Of a stretch of DNA of 43,791 nucleotides, positions 28,984-37,547 are shown piece after piece. Position 1 is the first letter of the stretch. Each line of letters starts with the position of its first letter. Under the pieces are notes generated by a model that worked only from the letters and a program-made list of their open reading frames with translations, was not told the DNA's origin and made no database searches. The stretch lies in IMG/VR virus record IMGVR_UViG_648861009_000009; one strand, given 5' to 3'. The stretch is from a virus (Duplodnaviria > Heunggongvirae > Uroviricota > Caudoviricetes). A program made the position numbers and the translations under genes.

Positions 28984-29013
28984 ATAAAAAGGCCTGCGAT
29001 TACCAGCAGGCCT
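28984..29013 (-). terminator. Rho-independent terminator after replication gene
   Basis: Minus-strand AGGCCTGC-loop-GCAGGCCT then TTTTTAT. Confidence 0.6.
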
Positions 29014-29042
29014 GTTACAAGCTCAGTGATGTAGATGGTCAT

Positions 29043-30923
29043 TTAATACTCCGTCACGTTTTCCTGTCGCCACGCCTCGTCATATTCCGATTTCGGCATA
29101 TTGGCGATGTAGCTATATGGCGATCCTGATTCAAGTTGCAGGAACTGGTGCGATTGCTCGTCAAGGAACAACGGGACGCCACCTTCCCAACCTTCGCCGT
29201 TACGTTGTTTTTCAAGCATCAAAACAGATGCCGGAGACGCCAGTACCTGTTCGTCCTTCTCTGACATCTTTTCACCACTCTGAACTCTCTGTAACGCTCT
29301 CTCGCGAGCCTTGTTACGCCAGATGATGAAAAGGTTGTCTGTCAGGTCTGTTATCGCTCCAGAGCCTTTTACGTCCATTTTCCCGGTTGGTTTTTCTTCG
29401 CTGTCTCCTTTTCGCGAGTGAGTAACGAGAATGACGTGGGAGTTTGTTTTGTTTTTGAAGTCGCAAATCGAGTCAACAAACGCCTTCTGCCCGTTATAGT
29501 CATCGTCGCCTATGCCACATTTCATCAGGCTGTCGATGATGAATAACTGGATCCCGTATCGGCGGCGAGCGTAGTCGAATATTTCGATCAGCCTGTCGGC
29601 TTTCGCCGTTCCGGTCAGGCCAAACACCCAAAGTCTTTCGTCATAAAATTTAAATGCAGAGTCAATTTCCAGCACTGGCGGCATCTTGCAGCACGTCGCC
29701 TGACGGGTAAGGCGCTTAAGGAGAATACCAGGCTTCAGCTCAAGTGACGCGATGCACGTCTTCACACCCTGACGCATTGCCTCAAGTGCCATATGCCCGA
29801 CAACCTCCGTTTTTCCGTGACCGTTCACACCATTGACCAGCGTCAACTCGGCCTCACGGAACTGGAATTTATCTGCCAGAGATTCCCACGGTGGATTAAA
29901 CAGATACTGCTGCTTGCCGTAGAAAGCGTTGATAGTGTCCTGGTAAAACTCTCGCGCGCTGTAGAGTTCTTCAGGATCGAAGTAGGATGCCGTGCCGATG
30001 TACTGCCAGATTTCATCCTCGGTAACACCGTTCATCAGGCATTCGTTGATGTCTTTGTACGGCAGAGTAACAAGACGGCAACGATGTTCACCGAGTCGGC
30101 TTGCGATTTCCCTTGCGGCCTCACGACCAACATCATCAACGTCCATCGAGATGAATATTTCCTCAAACCTGTCGAGGTTGTGATACTCAAACTCAATCCA
30201 CTGTTGCTTAGCACCTTTCCCGCCACCAAACGGCACGGATAACGCCGAGATGCCGTATTGCGCATAGCTCATACAATCAATTTCGCCTTCGCAAAGTACA
30301 ACCGCCCTCACGCCAGCGTCCAGAGCCTGCCATCCGAACAGACAAGGTTCGCAATCACCTTCTGCCATAATGACTTTCTTCCCGTCCGGGCGCTCAGTGC
30401 TGATTCGCTTGACCTGCAACAACTCACCATCGCGTTTGTACGGAAGCACCAGTGCATCAAGTTCTCGTTCTCCATTCCACACCTTGCCGCTGACAACCTC
30501 GTAGCGCTTTACGACTTCTGGCGATATGCCACGCGATTGCAGGTACTCAAGATGGGATTCTGTTCTGGTAACGTAGCGGGCGATTTTCTTGCGGTCAGGT
30601 CTGGAGAATTTCTTCTCACGTCTGGCATCGAAATGGTGATCGTCATCCTTGATACCGAGAAATGCTTTCGCTTCCTGCATAGCCTGATGCAGGTTAATTC
30701 CACGACATGCCATCCACAAATCAAGCATGTCACCGCCGTCTCCCTCAGCGAAATCAGCCCATTTTTTCTTGCCGCTAAGGTTGACCTTAAGGCTGTTTCC
30801 CTTGTCACCGTTGACGTTACCGGCAACCCACTCATGCCCCTCTTTCTTGCCGTTTGGCAACAGGTGCGGAGCCACCCTGTCAACCTGCGCCCAAAGCAGG
30901 TCGCTAAGTTCACTTGGCGTCAT
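29043..30923 (-). CDS. Primase-helicase (toprim primase N-domain + DnaB-like helicase C-domain)
   Basis: 626 aa; Walker A NGVNGHGKT; occupies P/helicase slot downstream of O-like gene. Confidence 0.75.
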   Translation of the reverse strand: MTPSELSDLLWAQVDRVAPHLLPNGKKEGHEWVAGNVNGDKGNSLKVNLSGKKKWADFAEGDGGDMLDLWMACRGINLHQAMQEAKAFLGIKDDDHHFDARREKKFSRPDRKKIARYVTRTESHLEYLQSRGISPEVVKRYEVVSGKVWNGERELDALVLPYKRDGELLQVKRISTERPDGKKVIMAEGDCEPCLFGWQALDAGVRAVVLCEGEIDCMSYAQYGISALSVPFGGGKGAKQQWIEFEYHNLDRFEEIFISMDVDDVGREAAREIASRLGEHRCRLVTLPYKDINECLMNGVTEDEIWQYIGTASYFDPEELYSAREFYQDTINAFYGKQQYLFNPPWESLADKFQFREAELTLVNGVNGHGKTEVVGHMALEAMRQGVKTCIASLELKPGILLKRLTRQATCCKMPPVLEIDSAFKFYDERLWVFGLTGTAKADRLIEIFDYARRRYGIQLFIIDSLMKCGIGDDDYNGQKAFVDSICDFKNKTNSHVILVTHSRKGDSEEKPTGKMDVKGSGAITDLTDNLFIIWRNKARERALQRVQSGEKMSEKDEQVLASPASVLMLEKQRNGEGWEGGVPLFLDEQSHQFLQLESGSPYSYIANMPKSEYDEAWRQENVTEY

Positions 30924-31030
30924 GATTCCCTCAGATTGAGATTTTTAAACCAGAAATCGACAAACGAAATACTTAACCAGCCGTGGTTATAACCAGCGAC
31001 TAGTAGCGATTTGATTTTTGATTTCATGGT

Positions 31031-31891
31031 TCACCTGTCGAAAAACACGTAGCCAGTTTTCGATACGGTGATTGCGGATGATGGTTTGGATTGTGGTTGA
31101 ATGGTTTCTGGCTTTTCGTCGTTCCAGCGTTGACCGTTCAGGTAGCTCGATGGTAACAACCTGTCGAATCCGAACTGCTTACCATTCCTGCATGCGATGT
31201 CTTCTGCCAACATCGTGGCAAACTCGCTTGCCGTACCCCTGGTAGTTTTACGCCATTCCCTGAACTGTGTTCTAAATGCCGAAGCTGCGTTTTTTTTCCC
31301 GGCTTTCCGCATGCCTGCACACCAGAATATTTCCTCGAATGCCTTGTCGGTTTCTTCGTGACGGTCAGGTGATTTTTCACACTCCGTCCGAACACTTTCG
31401 GACATAGTGTTTTTATTATTTCTTTTTTCTTTTGTAATAGTTTCTTTTGTGTGTCCCTGTTTTGGTGACAGCGCTGTCACCGTTTTGGTGACACTTTTTG
31501 TCACCAATGCAGTGACATTATCACCAGAGTAGTGACACCCTTCGATTTGCCATTCCTCGATGTTCTTGTTAGGCCCGATTTGCTGGCCTTCGCGAAGGAT
31601 AACCTTCATCGCGATAAGCTCATTCTTGGCCTTGTTTACCTTCTGTCTTGGCAGCCTGGTAATTTGAGCTAACTGACTATCAGAGATGCGATCCATCTTT
31701 TTACCGTAGCCGTATGTTTTACGGCATATGGCGTGGGCAACCTTGCTCTGATTTTTCGTTAAATCTGCGCCGATAAGCTCTTCATACAGGGCATTTGCAA
31801 GACGGGTATAACCATCTTCAACTTCTGCCACACGACGCTCCACAGGCCGTTGTGAAGGCCTTAAATGTGTTACGGTTGCAAGATTACTCAT
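31031..31891 (-). CDS. Replication initiator, lambda O-like N-terminal domain
   Basis: 286 aa; [53 protein letters not shown] resembles lambda O; iterons inside. Confidence 0.8.
   Translation of the reverse strand: MSNLATVTHLRPSQRPVERRVAEVEDGYTRLANALYEELIGADLTKNQSKVAHAICRKTYGYGKKMDRISDSQLAQITRLPRQKVNKAKNELIAMKVILREGQQIGPNKNIEEWQIEGCHYSGDNVTALVTKSVTKTVTALSPKQGHTKETITKEKRNNKNTMSESVRTECEKSPDRHEETDKAFEEIFWCAGMRKAGKKNAASAFRTQFREWRKTTRGTASEFATMLAEDIACRNGKQFGFDRLLPSSYLNGQRWNDEKPETIQPQSKPSSAITVSKTGYVFFDR
31405..31540. repeat. Origin of replication: iteron-like repeats with adjacent AT-rich tract
   Basis: GGTGACAGCGCTGTCACC, GGTGACACTTTTTGTCACC, AGTGACATTATCACC, AGTGACACCC at ~20-24-bp period; AT-rich 31405-31450; inside O-like gene. 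Confidence 0.6.
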
Positions 31892-32030
31892 GACCTTTCT
31901 CCTTCTGCATCAGCTTCACTTTTTCCAACTCAGCCCGGAATCGACCAGGCTGCTTGAAGCTGGACAGGAAGCGATCACGTAGTATGTGTTTGTGAATTTT
32001 GTCCTGGTAAGGACTGAGTTGTTTTGTCAT
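31884..32030 (-). CDS. Small hypothetical protein between cII and O
   Basis: 48-aa [24 protein letters not shown]..., RBS GGGAG, stop overlaps O start; below ORF-track cutoff. Confidence 0.4.
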   Translation of the reverse strand: MTKQLSPYQDKIHKHILRDRFLSSFKQPGRFRAELEKVKLMQKEKGHE

Positions 32031-32064
32031 AATTACTCCCGTGGATTGATCCAGTCTTTCTACA

Positions 32065-32343
32065 TTAGGCCTCGAAGAATTCGCCGTTCTTCGGGGCTTT
32101 TTCTTTTGTCAGCATTCTGGCTACTTGCTTAGCCAGTTCCGCCAACTCCTCGTCTTCAACACCCCATTCAAGAACAGCCAGAAGCATTCCCATTTTGGGG
32201 ATGAAGCTGTCTTTCCATCGCGAAATTTGCGATTCATTAACCCCTAACGCGTCGGCAACCTTTCGCTGACCACGTACAGCAATTCGATTCAGGATGTTGC
32301 TTGTAATTGCATTCGCTTTCTTGCGAGTACTTGTAAGTTGCAT
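32065..32343 (-). CDS. cII: CII transcriptional activator
   Basis: 92 aa; [25 protein letters not shown] matches lambda CII. Confidence 0.9.
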   Translation of the reverse strand: MQLTSTRKKANAITSNILNRIAVRGQRKVADALGVNESQISRWKDSFIPKMGMLLAVLEWGVEDEELAELAKQVARMLTKEKAPKNGEFFEA

Positions 32344-32401
32344 ATGTAAGTATTTCCTTAACTAATAAGAAGTTATGCGCATCAACTTATGCGCGTTGTA
32401 T

Positions 32402-32444
32402 TCCCGCATTTCGGCGGGAATGAGGACCATGACTGTTAAAGAGC
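32402..32444 (-). promoter_or_regulatory. nutR (boxA + boxB)
   Basis: Minus-strand GCTCTTTAACAGTC then TCCCGCCGAAATGCGGGA hairpin, between cro and cII. Confidence 0.7.
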
Positions 32445-32451
32445 GGTGTTA

Positions 32452-32646
32452 CTATTTGTTTTTCTTGTTGCTTGGGAAAGGACGAACTTCCTCTCCAATC
32501 ACACTGCCATCAGGCTTTACCGTAACCATGATGTTACGGCCTGCCAGAATGGCCTTGCTGATAGCGCACTGGATTACACCAAAGTCACTGGCTGCTTTAG
32601 CCTGTCCATGGATTTTGGCGTAATCGGCAAGTGTCATTCGAATCAT
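32452..32646 (-). CDS. cro: Cro repressor
   Basis: [33 protein letters not shown]...FPSNKK resembles lambda Cro; ATG 32646 with RBS GGAG. Confidence 0.85.
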   Translation of the reverse strand: MIRMTLADYAKIHGQAKAASDFGVIQCAISKAILAGRNIMVTVKPDGSVIGEEVRPFPSNKKNK

Positions 32647-32675
32647 ATGCACTCTCCGTTATTAACCATGAACAA

Positions 32676-32739
32676 AGAATACTACAGGTATTCAAAGCAA
32701 TCAATACTCAGGGTATTTTTAGTTTAAGTACCTTAGCTA
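32676..32739. promoter_or_regulatory. OR region: three operators overlapping pR and pRM
   Basis: Half-site palindromes ATACTacaGGTAT (32679-32691), ATACTcagGGTAT (32704-32716), GTACCttaGCTAT (32727-32739); pR -35 TTGATT / -10 TATTCT on minus strand. Confidence 0.5.
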
Positions 32740-32752
32740 TTAGAATTAAGCT

Positions 32753-33469
32753 ATGGAAAATAAAAAATCACTGACGACAGAACAGCTGGAAGACGCTAAG
32801 CGGCTTAAGGCTTTGTATGAGTCAAAAAAGAAAGAATTGGGAATAACCCAATACTCAATCGCTGATGAACTGGGTATCACCCAAGGAGCGGTAGGGCATT
32901 ATCTTAATGGCAGAAATGCGCTAAACGTTGAGGTTGCATCTGGTTTTGCACGATTGTTGCAAGTCTCAATTGCTGATTTTAGCCAGTCAATTGCTGCCAA
33001 GGTTGCAGAACAGGCAGAAAGCCTTAAGAGCGATGCCAACGTAAGGTATGCAGGGGAATACAGAGCAGGAAAGAGGTATCCGGTGTTAAGCAGTATCCAG
33101 GCTGGCTCGTGGTGTGAAGCATGCGAACCATACACCATTAAAGACATAGATGTTTGGCTTGAGTCTGACGCGCATATTCAAGGTAATGCGTTCTGGCTTA
33201 AAGTGGAAGGTGATTCAATGACGGCACCGGTTGGGTTAAGCATTCCAGAGGGAACATTCGTTCTTTTCGATACCGGAAGGGAGGCGATCAACGGCAGCTT
33301 GGTCATAGCAAAACTTTCTGACTCTAACGAAGCAACATTCAAGAAGCTGATAATCGACGGCGGAAATAAATACCTCAAGGGACTTAATCCTGCATGGCCT
33401 CTCGTGCCAATCAATGGAAACTGCAAGATTATAGGCGTTGCAATTGAGACAAAACTCAGACTGGTTTGA
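32753..33469 (+). CDS. cI: CI repressor (HTH + LexA-like peptidase domain)
   Basis: 238 aa; LTTEQLEDAKRLKALYESKKKELGITQ and FWLKVEGDSMTAP...TFKKLI resemble lambda CI. Confidence 0.9.
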   Translation: MENKKSLTTEQLEDAKRLKALYESKKKELGITQYSIADELGITQGAVGHYLNGRNALNVEVASGFARLLQVSIADFSQSIAAKVAEQAESLKSDANVRYAGEYRAGKRYPVLSSIQAGSWCEACEPYTIKDIDVWLESDAHIQGNAFWLKVEGDSMTAPVGLSIPEGTFVLFDTGREAINGSLVIAKLSDSNEATFKKLIIDGGNKYLKGLNPAWPLVPINGNCKIIGVAIETKLRLV

Positions 33470-33487
33470 TCACGCAAGGGGGCGCTT

Positions 33488-33856
33488 ATGGTTGGAACCG
33501 CTATAGCAAGCTTTTTGGGGATGTTGGCAATCTCAACAATTTACGGCTTAGCGCATGCTTTTATTGCGAAATCTCTATCAGAAAAAATAAGCCAGGCTTG
33601 GGCGCATAGATCAGCTCGTTTCATGATTCTAGTGATCATAGCAATACAAGGGATATCTGCATTTATCCTCTATGGATCAAGCTTATACCTATTGTATCAA
33701 GGCGCGACATTTACGCCTTACACCAGTGATTACGGAACCCTATACGATGGTAGTGAAGACATCTCTATGGCTTGGATCGTCTTTGGTTTATCTATGGCCG
33801 TGTCTGTTGTAGCAGACATCATTAAGGTAATTCTCGTCTTAACCTTCGCTGACTAA
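33488..33856 (+). CDS. Membrane protein at rex position (3-4 TM), function unknown
   Basis: 122-aa ORF, RBS AAGGGGG, 19 bp after cI stop on same strand, upstream of pL. Confidence 0.55.
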   Translation: MVGTAIASFLGMLAISTIYGLAHAFIAKSLSEKISQAWAHRSARFMILVIIAIQGISAFILYGSSLYLLYQGATFTPYTSDYGTLYDGSEDISMAWIVFGLSMAVSVVADIIKVILVLTFAD

Positions 33857-33989
33857 CCCATAATCCCGGCAGCAATAGCTATCGGGATCCACTTCACATA
33901 TCCCGCATAAAAAGCACTGAACAAGCAGACACCGAAAAAAATAAATATCCTTTGTATTCATTTATTTATCATTATTTCATCAAAAATAA

Positions 33990-34030
33990 ATACCTTGGGT
34001 ATTTACACAATAAAATACCTACAGTATTCT
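33990..34030 (+). promoter_or_regulatory. OL operators and pL promoter
   Basis: ATACCttgGGTAT (33990-34002), ATACCtacAGTAT (34015-34027); -35 TTTACA (34002-34007), -10 TATTCT (34025-34030), 17-bp spacer. Confidence 0.5.
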
Positions 34031-34076
34031 TTAGCCATCAGCAGGACGCTGGAAGCCAAACGGAAAAGATTGGCAG

Positions 34077-34117
34077 GCTCTTTAACATTGATGGGATTGT
34101 CCCGCCGAAATGCGGGA
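34077..34117 (+). promoter_or_regulatory. nutL (boxA + boxB)
   Basis: GCTCTTTAACA then TCCCGCCGAAATGCGGGA, same elements as nutR. Confidence 0.7.
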
Positions 34118-34224
34118 ACCAAAGAGTAGTTGGCTTTGGGGTGGCGTGAAGTGCAGCTGCACGACGGCAACCGGAAGATAAGCACCCGGCGCGTCACCGC
34201 CAAAGTCAATCATCGGAGGTCAAC

Positions 34225-34530
34225 ATGACAGTAGTCATTACATATCTGGCTGACGATAACGCCAGAAATCGCCGCAGAGCACGCAGACAGGCTCAACGTG
34301 AGCAGGCAATGCAAGAACAGCGACTGGCGCGAAAAATTGCGCTAAAGCTCTCTGGTTGCGTCAGAGCAGACAAAGCAGCATCACTCGGAAGCCTTCTCTG
34401 CAAGAAGGCAGATGAAGTCGAGCGTAAACAGAACCGTATTTACTACCGCAAGCCACGCTGTGAAATGGGTGTGACTTGCTCAGGCCGCCAGAAGCAACGC
34501 GGAAAATCAATTCCAGCTTATTACGATTGA
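34225..34530 (+). CDS. N: N antiterminator (arginine-rich motif)
   Basis: 101 aa; N-terminal NARNRRRARRQAQ; C-terminal GVTCSGRQKQRGKSIP resembles lambda N. Confidence 0.85.
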   Translation: MTVVITYLADDNARNRRRARRQAQREQAMQEQRLARKIALKLSGCVRADKAASLGSLLCKKADEVERKQNRIYYRKPRCEMGVTCSGRQKQRGKSIPAYYD

Positions 34531-34538
34531 GGTGAGCC

Positions 34539-34676
34539 ATGCTCAAGAAAGTCAAACGCCGACTTTACAAAGAAGGTAGATATTCATGCCAGTTGCCAAA
34601 ATGCGACACGACAAAATGGAGTGTCGATGATTGGTGTAACTGGATAGATAGATACGGAACTTGGTGGGATAAATAA
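34539..34676 (+). CDS. Small Cys/Trp-rich hypothetical protein
   Basis: 45-aa ORF with RBS GAGGTGA; below ORF-track cutoff. Confidence 0.3.
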   Translation: MLKKVKRRLYKEGRYSCQLPKCDTTKWSVDDWCNWIDRYGTWWDK

Positions 34677-34800
34677 CAGGTAACTTAAGCGGATTTATTT
34701 TCGCAGCAAACCACTTATTTGAGGTGAGATATGGAAGAAGAATTTGAAGAGTTCGAAGAGCATCCCCAGGATGTGATGGAACAATACCAGGACTATCCTT

Positions 34801-35001
34801 ATGACTACGACTATTGATAAAAATCAATGGTGTGGACAATTCAAGCGATGCAATGGATGCAAGCTGCAATCGGAATGCATGGTTAAGCCTGAAGAAATGT
34901 TTCCTGTAATGGAAGATGGGAAATATGTCGATAAATGGGCAATACGAACGACGGCAATGATTGCCAGAGAACTTGGTAAACAGAATAACAAGGCTGCCTG
35001 A
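34801..35001 (+). CDS. ral: Restriction-alleviation protein Ral-like
   Basis: 66 aa MTTTIDKNQWCGQFKRCNGCKLQSECMVKPEEMF...; position after N; identification from memory. Confidence 0.5.
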   Translation: MTTTIDKNQWCGQFKRCNGCKLQSECMVKPEEMFPVMEDGKYVDKWAIRTTAMIARELGKQNNKAA

Positions 35002-35016
35002 TGGTGGCCTTTATTT

Positions 35017-35331
35017 TTGGCACTAACAACAGAGGCTAACATGGAATTTAAAGGTACTGAAGGTAAGTGGGAAATAATAATGGATGGCGATGAGATTAAA
35101 ATCATCCAGGCAGACTCACTTGAAAATGGCGCAGGCTGGCGTTCGTATATTGCAATCTGTGAGGAAGTTCAATGTATTGAAGATGCCAATCTAATAGCGG
35201 CAGCACCTGACCTTTTAAATGCCCTGAAAGCGATGCTAAACAAGGCATACAAGCAAAACTGGAATGACCATTATCCTGATGAAGTATCGAAAGCACAGTC
35301 AGCAATTAGCAAAGCTCTTGGGGAAGAATGA
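35017..35331 (+). CDS. Hypothetical protein
   Basis: 104-aa ORF (may start at MEFKG, 35041). Confidence 0.45.
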   Translation: MALTTEANMEFKGTEGKWEIIMDGDEIKIIQADSLENGAGWRSYIAICEEVQCIEDANLIAAAPDLLNALKAMLNKAYKQNWNDHYPDEVSKAQSAISKALGEE

Positions 35332-35491
35332 TGAATAAGAAATACATTGTTGAAGTTATAGAGCGAGAAACGAAAGAAGTAATTAAACATTTCGAATTTG
35401 ATAATTATAGAAAAGCTGACCGCGTCGAAGAAGGATTGTTGCGACAAAGTAATCTCGAAAAATTTGATGTTGTCATGCGATGCGAATAAGC
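35330..35491 (+). CDS. Small hypothetical protein
   Basis: 53-aa ORF overlapping upstream stop; below ORF-track cutoff. Confidence 0.3.
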
Positions 35492-35582
35492 GCCTATAGC
35501 AGATTTACGAGTCTGCTATGTGAGCAATGTCGCTCGTAACTAAACAGGAGCCGACTTGTTCTGATTATTGGAAATCTTCTTT

Positions 35583-35608
35583 GCCCTCCAGTGTGAGGGC
35601 GATTTTTT
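35583..35608 (+). terminator. Rho-independent terminator
   Basis: GCCCTC-CAGTGT-GAGGGC followed by GATTTTTTA. Confidence 0.65.
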
Positions 35609-35628
35609 ATCTATGAGGATATGAATAG

Positions 35629-35997
35629 ATGTCAAACATCAAAAAATACATCATTGATTACGACTGGAAAGCATCAATAGAAATTGAAATCGACCATGAC
35701 GTAATGACAGAGGAAAAACTTCACCAGATTAATAATTTCTGGTCAGACTCTAAATACCGACTCAATAAACACGGCGCTGTATTAAATGCTGTATTAATCA
35801 TGCTGGCGCAACATGCTCTGCTTATAGCAATTTCGAAAGACTTAAATGCATATGGTGTTGTTTGTGAGTTCGACTGGGATGATGGAAATGGTCAGGAAGG
35901 ATGGCCTCCAATGGATGGTAGCGAAGGAATAAGAATTACCGATATCGACACATCAGGAATATTTGATTCAGATGATATGACTATCAAAGCCGCCTGA
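35629..35997 (+). CDS. Hypothetical acidic protein (terminator-bracketed moron)
   Basis: 122-aa ORF with RBS GAGGA just after terminator. Confidence 0.5.
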   Translation: MSNIKKYIIDYDWKASIEIEIDHDVMTEEKLHQINNFWSDSKYRLNKHGAVLNAVLIMLAQHALLIAISKDLNAYGVVCEFDWDDGNGQEGWPPMDGSEGIRITDIDTSGIFDSDDMTIKAA

Positions 35998-36031
35998 GAG
36001 CGTTTTTAAAGAATACAACGAAGGAGGATAT

Positions 36032-36886
36032 ATGAGTGAAGTAACAGATTTAGTTGTTATTGAAAAAGCAAATGCAATGACTGTATTTCAGTCTGCCGAC
36101 CAGATTGAAGAAATCCTTCAAAAGGTTGAACGTGAAGTTATGTCCTTTGTGCCTGATATCACAACGGCAAAGGGCAGAAAGGAGATCGCTTCTCTGGCGT
36201 ATAAAGTTGCGCAGACGAAAACATATCTCGATGGTCTTGGCAAAGACCTTGTTGCTGAACTGAAGGAAATTCCAAAGCTAATTGATGCCAACCGCAAGAC
36301 AGTGCGCGATCGCCTTGATGAACTGAAAGCCAAGGCGCGCCAGCCTCTTACTGATTATGAGGAAGAACAGGCGCGGATTAAAGCCGAAGAAGAAGCTAAG
36401 GCAGCAGCTGAAGCTCTCGCAAAGCAAATTGAGTCTGACCATGAAATAGCGATTTTGATGGATCGCGAATTTGACCGCCAAAGAGAAGAGGCAAGACTCA
36501 AAGCGGAGCAGGAAAAGCGAGAGCATGAAGAACGATTAAAAAGAGAAGCTGAAGAGAAAGCCAGAGCAGAAGCCGAAGCAAAGGCAAAAGCCGAAATTGA
36601 AGCAGCAGCAAGGCGAGAAGCAGAAGCTAAGGCCGCAGCGGAACGTGCAGAGCGTGAACGCATTGAAGCCGAGCAACGAGCACAGCGCGAAGCAAAAGAG
36701 GCAGCAGAACGAGCTGAAAGAGAAAAGCAGGCAGCAATTGAAGCAGAACGCAGAAAAGCACAGGAGGAGGCTGAACGAATCCGTCGCGAGGCTGAAGCAA
36801 AAGAGCAAGCCAGAATAGCAGAAGAAAAAGAATCAAGGACGAAGAAGAGCGCAGAGCAAAGGATAAAGCTCACCGGAAAGAAGTAA
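36032..36886 (+). CDS. Coiled-coil protein with long E/A/K/R-rich low-complexity region; possible frameshifted C-terminus to 36999
   Basis: 284-aa ORF, RBS AAGGAGGA; stop-free downstream frame encodes ...NNKILADLIKVGASEDVAKNIITAIVKGEVFATKITY. Confidence 0.55.
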   Translation: MSEVTDLVVIEKANAMTVFQSADQIEEILQKVEREVMSFVPDITTAKGRKEIASLAYKVAQTKTYLDGLGKDLVAELKEIPKLIDANRKTVRDRLDELKAKARQPLTDYEEEQARIKAEEEAKAAAEALAKQIESDHEIAILMDREFDRQREEARLKAEQEKREHEERLKREAEEKARAEAEAKAKAEIEAAARREAEAKAAAERAERERIEAEQRAQREAKEAAERAEREKQAAIEAERRKAQEEAERIRREAEAKEQARIAEEKESRTKKSAEQRIKLTGKK

Positions 36887-37022
36887 ATAACAAAATACTT
36901 GCTGACCTTATCAAGGTTGGCGCATCAGAAGATGTTGCTAAAAATATCATAACAGCCATCGTAAAAGGCGAAGTATTCGCAACAAAAATAACCTACTAAT
37001 AAACCAACATAAGGAACCACCC

Positions 37023-37154
37023 ATGATTTACGCAATCGCGGGAGGCGCTCGCATGGGTGCCTTCCAACTAAATGAATCTTTACTTGAACGAATCACCCGT
37101 AAATTACGTGACGGATGGAAAAGAGTTGAGGTCTTATTATGCGCAATGAAATAG
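37023..37154 (+). CDS. cIII: CIII (FtsH inhibitor)
   Basis: 43 aa; ESLLERITRKLRDGWKR matches lambda CIII core; RBS AAGGAA. Confidence 0.75.
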   Translation: MIYAIAGGARMGAFQLNESLLERITRKLRDGWKRVEVLLCAMK

Positions 37155-37291
37155 CCATCAATCACCAGATGCTTCGTGCTGCACAGAACAAAGCAGTAAT
37201 AGCCAGATTTATTGGTGATTCAAAAATGTGGCTTGAAGCAAATAAAGCGATGAAATCAGCTATCAACCTTCCGTGGTATCGCAGGAAATGA
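37139..37291 (+). CDS. Kil-like small protein
   Basis: 50-aa ORF overlapping cIII 3' end; IARFIGDSKMW resembles remembered lambda Kil motif. Confidence 0.45.
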   Translation: MRNEIAINHQMLRAAQNKAVIARFIGDSKMWLEANKAMKSAINLPWYRRK

Positions 37292-37366
37292 GTTTTACAG
37301 ATAACTGGTCAGACGAAGAATCCATTCGTCAGATGAAAGAATTAATCGGTAACGAAGGAGATATTC

Positions 37367-37537
37367 ATGTCACTTGCAACCACAGTGAAGGAGAGCAAGT
37401 TACAGAGACGCATGTACACGCAGCAGGCGTTAATGTATCGCCAGAAGGGAGATCGTGAAGGTGTTCGCGTATTTTTAAATGCGGCAAAGACTGAAGTATT
37501 AAATCAGCGTTATTTCCTTGGGCCATGTCCATTCTGA
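37367..37537 (+). CDS. Small protein immediately upstream of erf (Arf-like position)
   Basis: 56-aa ORF with RBS GGAG; alternative overlapping frame 37288-37458 also possible. Confidence 0.35.
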   Translation: MSLATTVKESKLQRRMYTQQALMYRQKGDREGVRVFLNAAKTEVLNQRYFLGPCPF

Positions 37538-37547
37538 GAACAATCAT

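Noticed and set aside
31464-31540. Short spaced repeats considered as a possible CRISPR array
   Set aside because: Only four imperfect ~19-bp palindromic units inside a replication initiator gene beside an AT-rich tract; this is an ori iteron layout, and there are no cas genes or uniform spacers.
34003-34209. 68-aa minus-strand ORF
   Set aside because: It overlaps the pL promoter, OL operators and nutL on the opposite strand and has no RBS.
36118-36873. Multiple overlapping ORFs in other frames and on the minus strand across the repetitive region
   Set aside because: They are Ser/Ala/Cys/Leu-rich translations of the GAA/GCA-rich repeat encoding the coiled-coil protein, with no RBS or start context.
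37288-37458. Alternative small ORF (MSFTDNWSDEES...) overlapping the preferred 37367-37537 ORF
   Set aside because: Not excluded, but the other frame has a canonical GGAG RBS and ends just before erf; both cannot be fully coding, so only one is listed as a feature.
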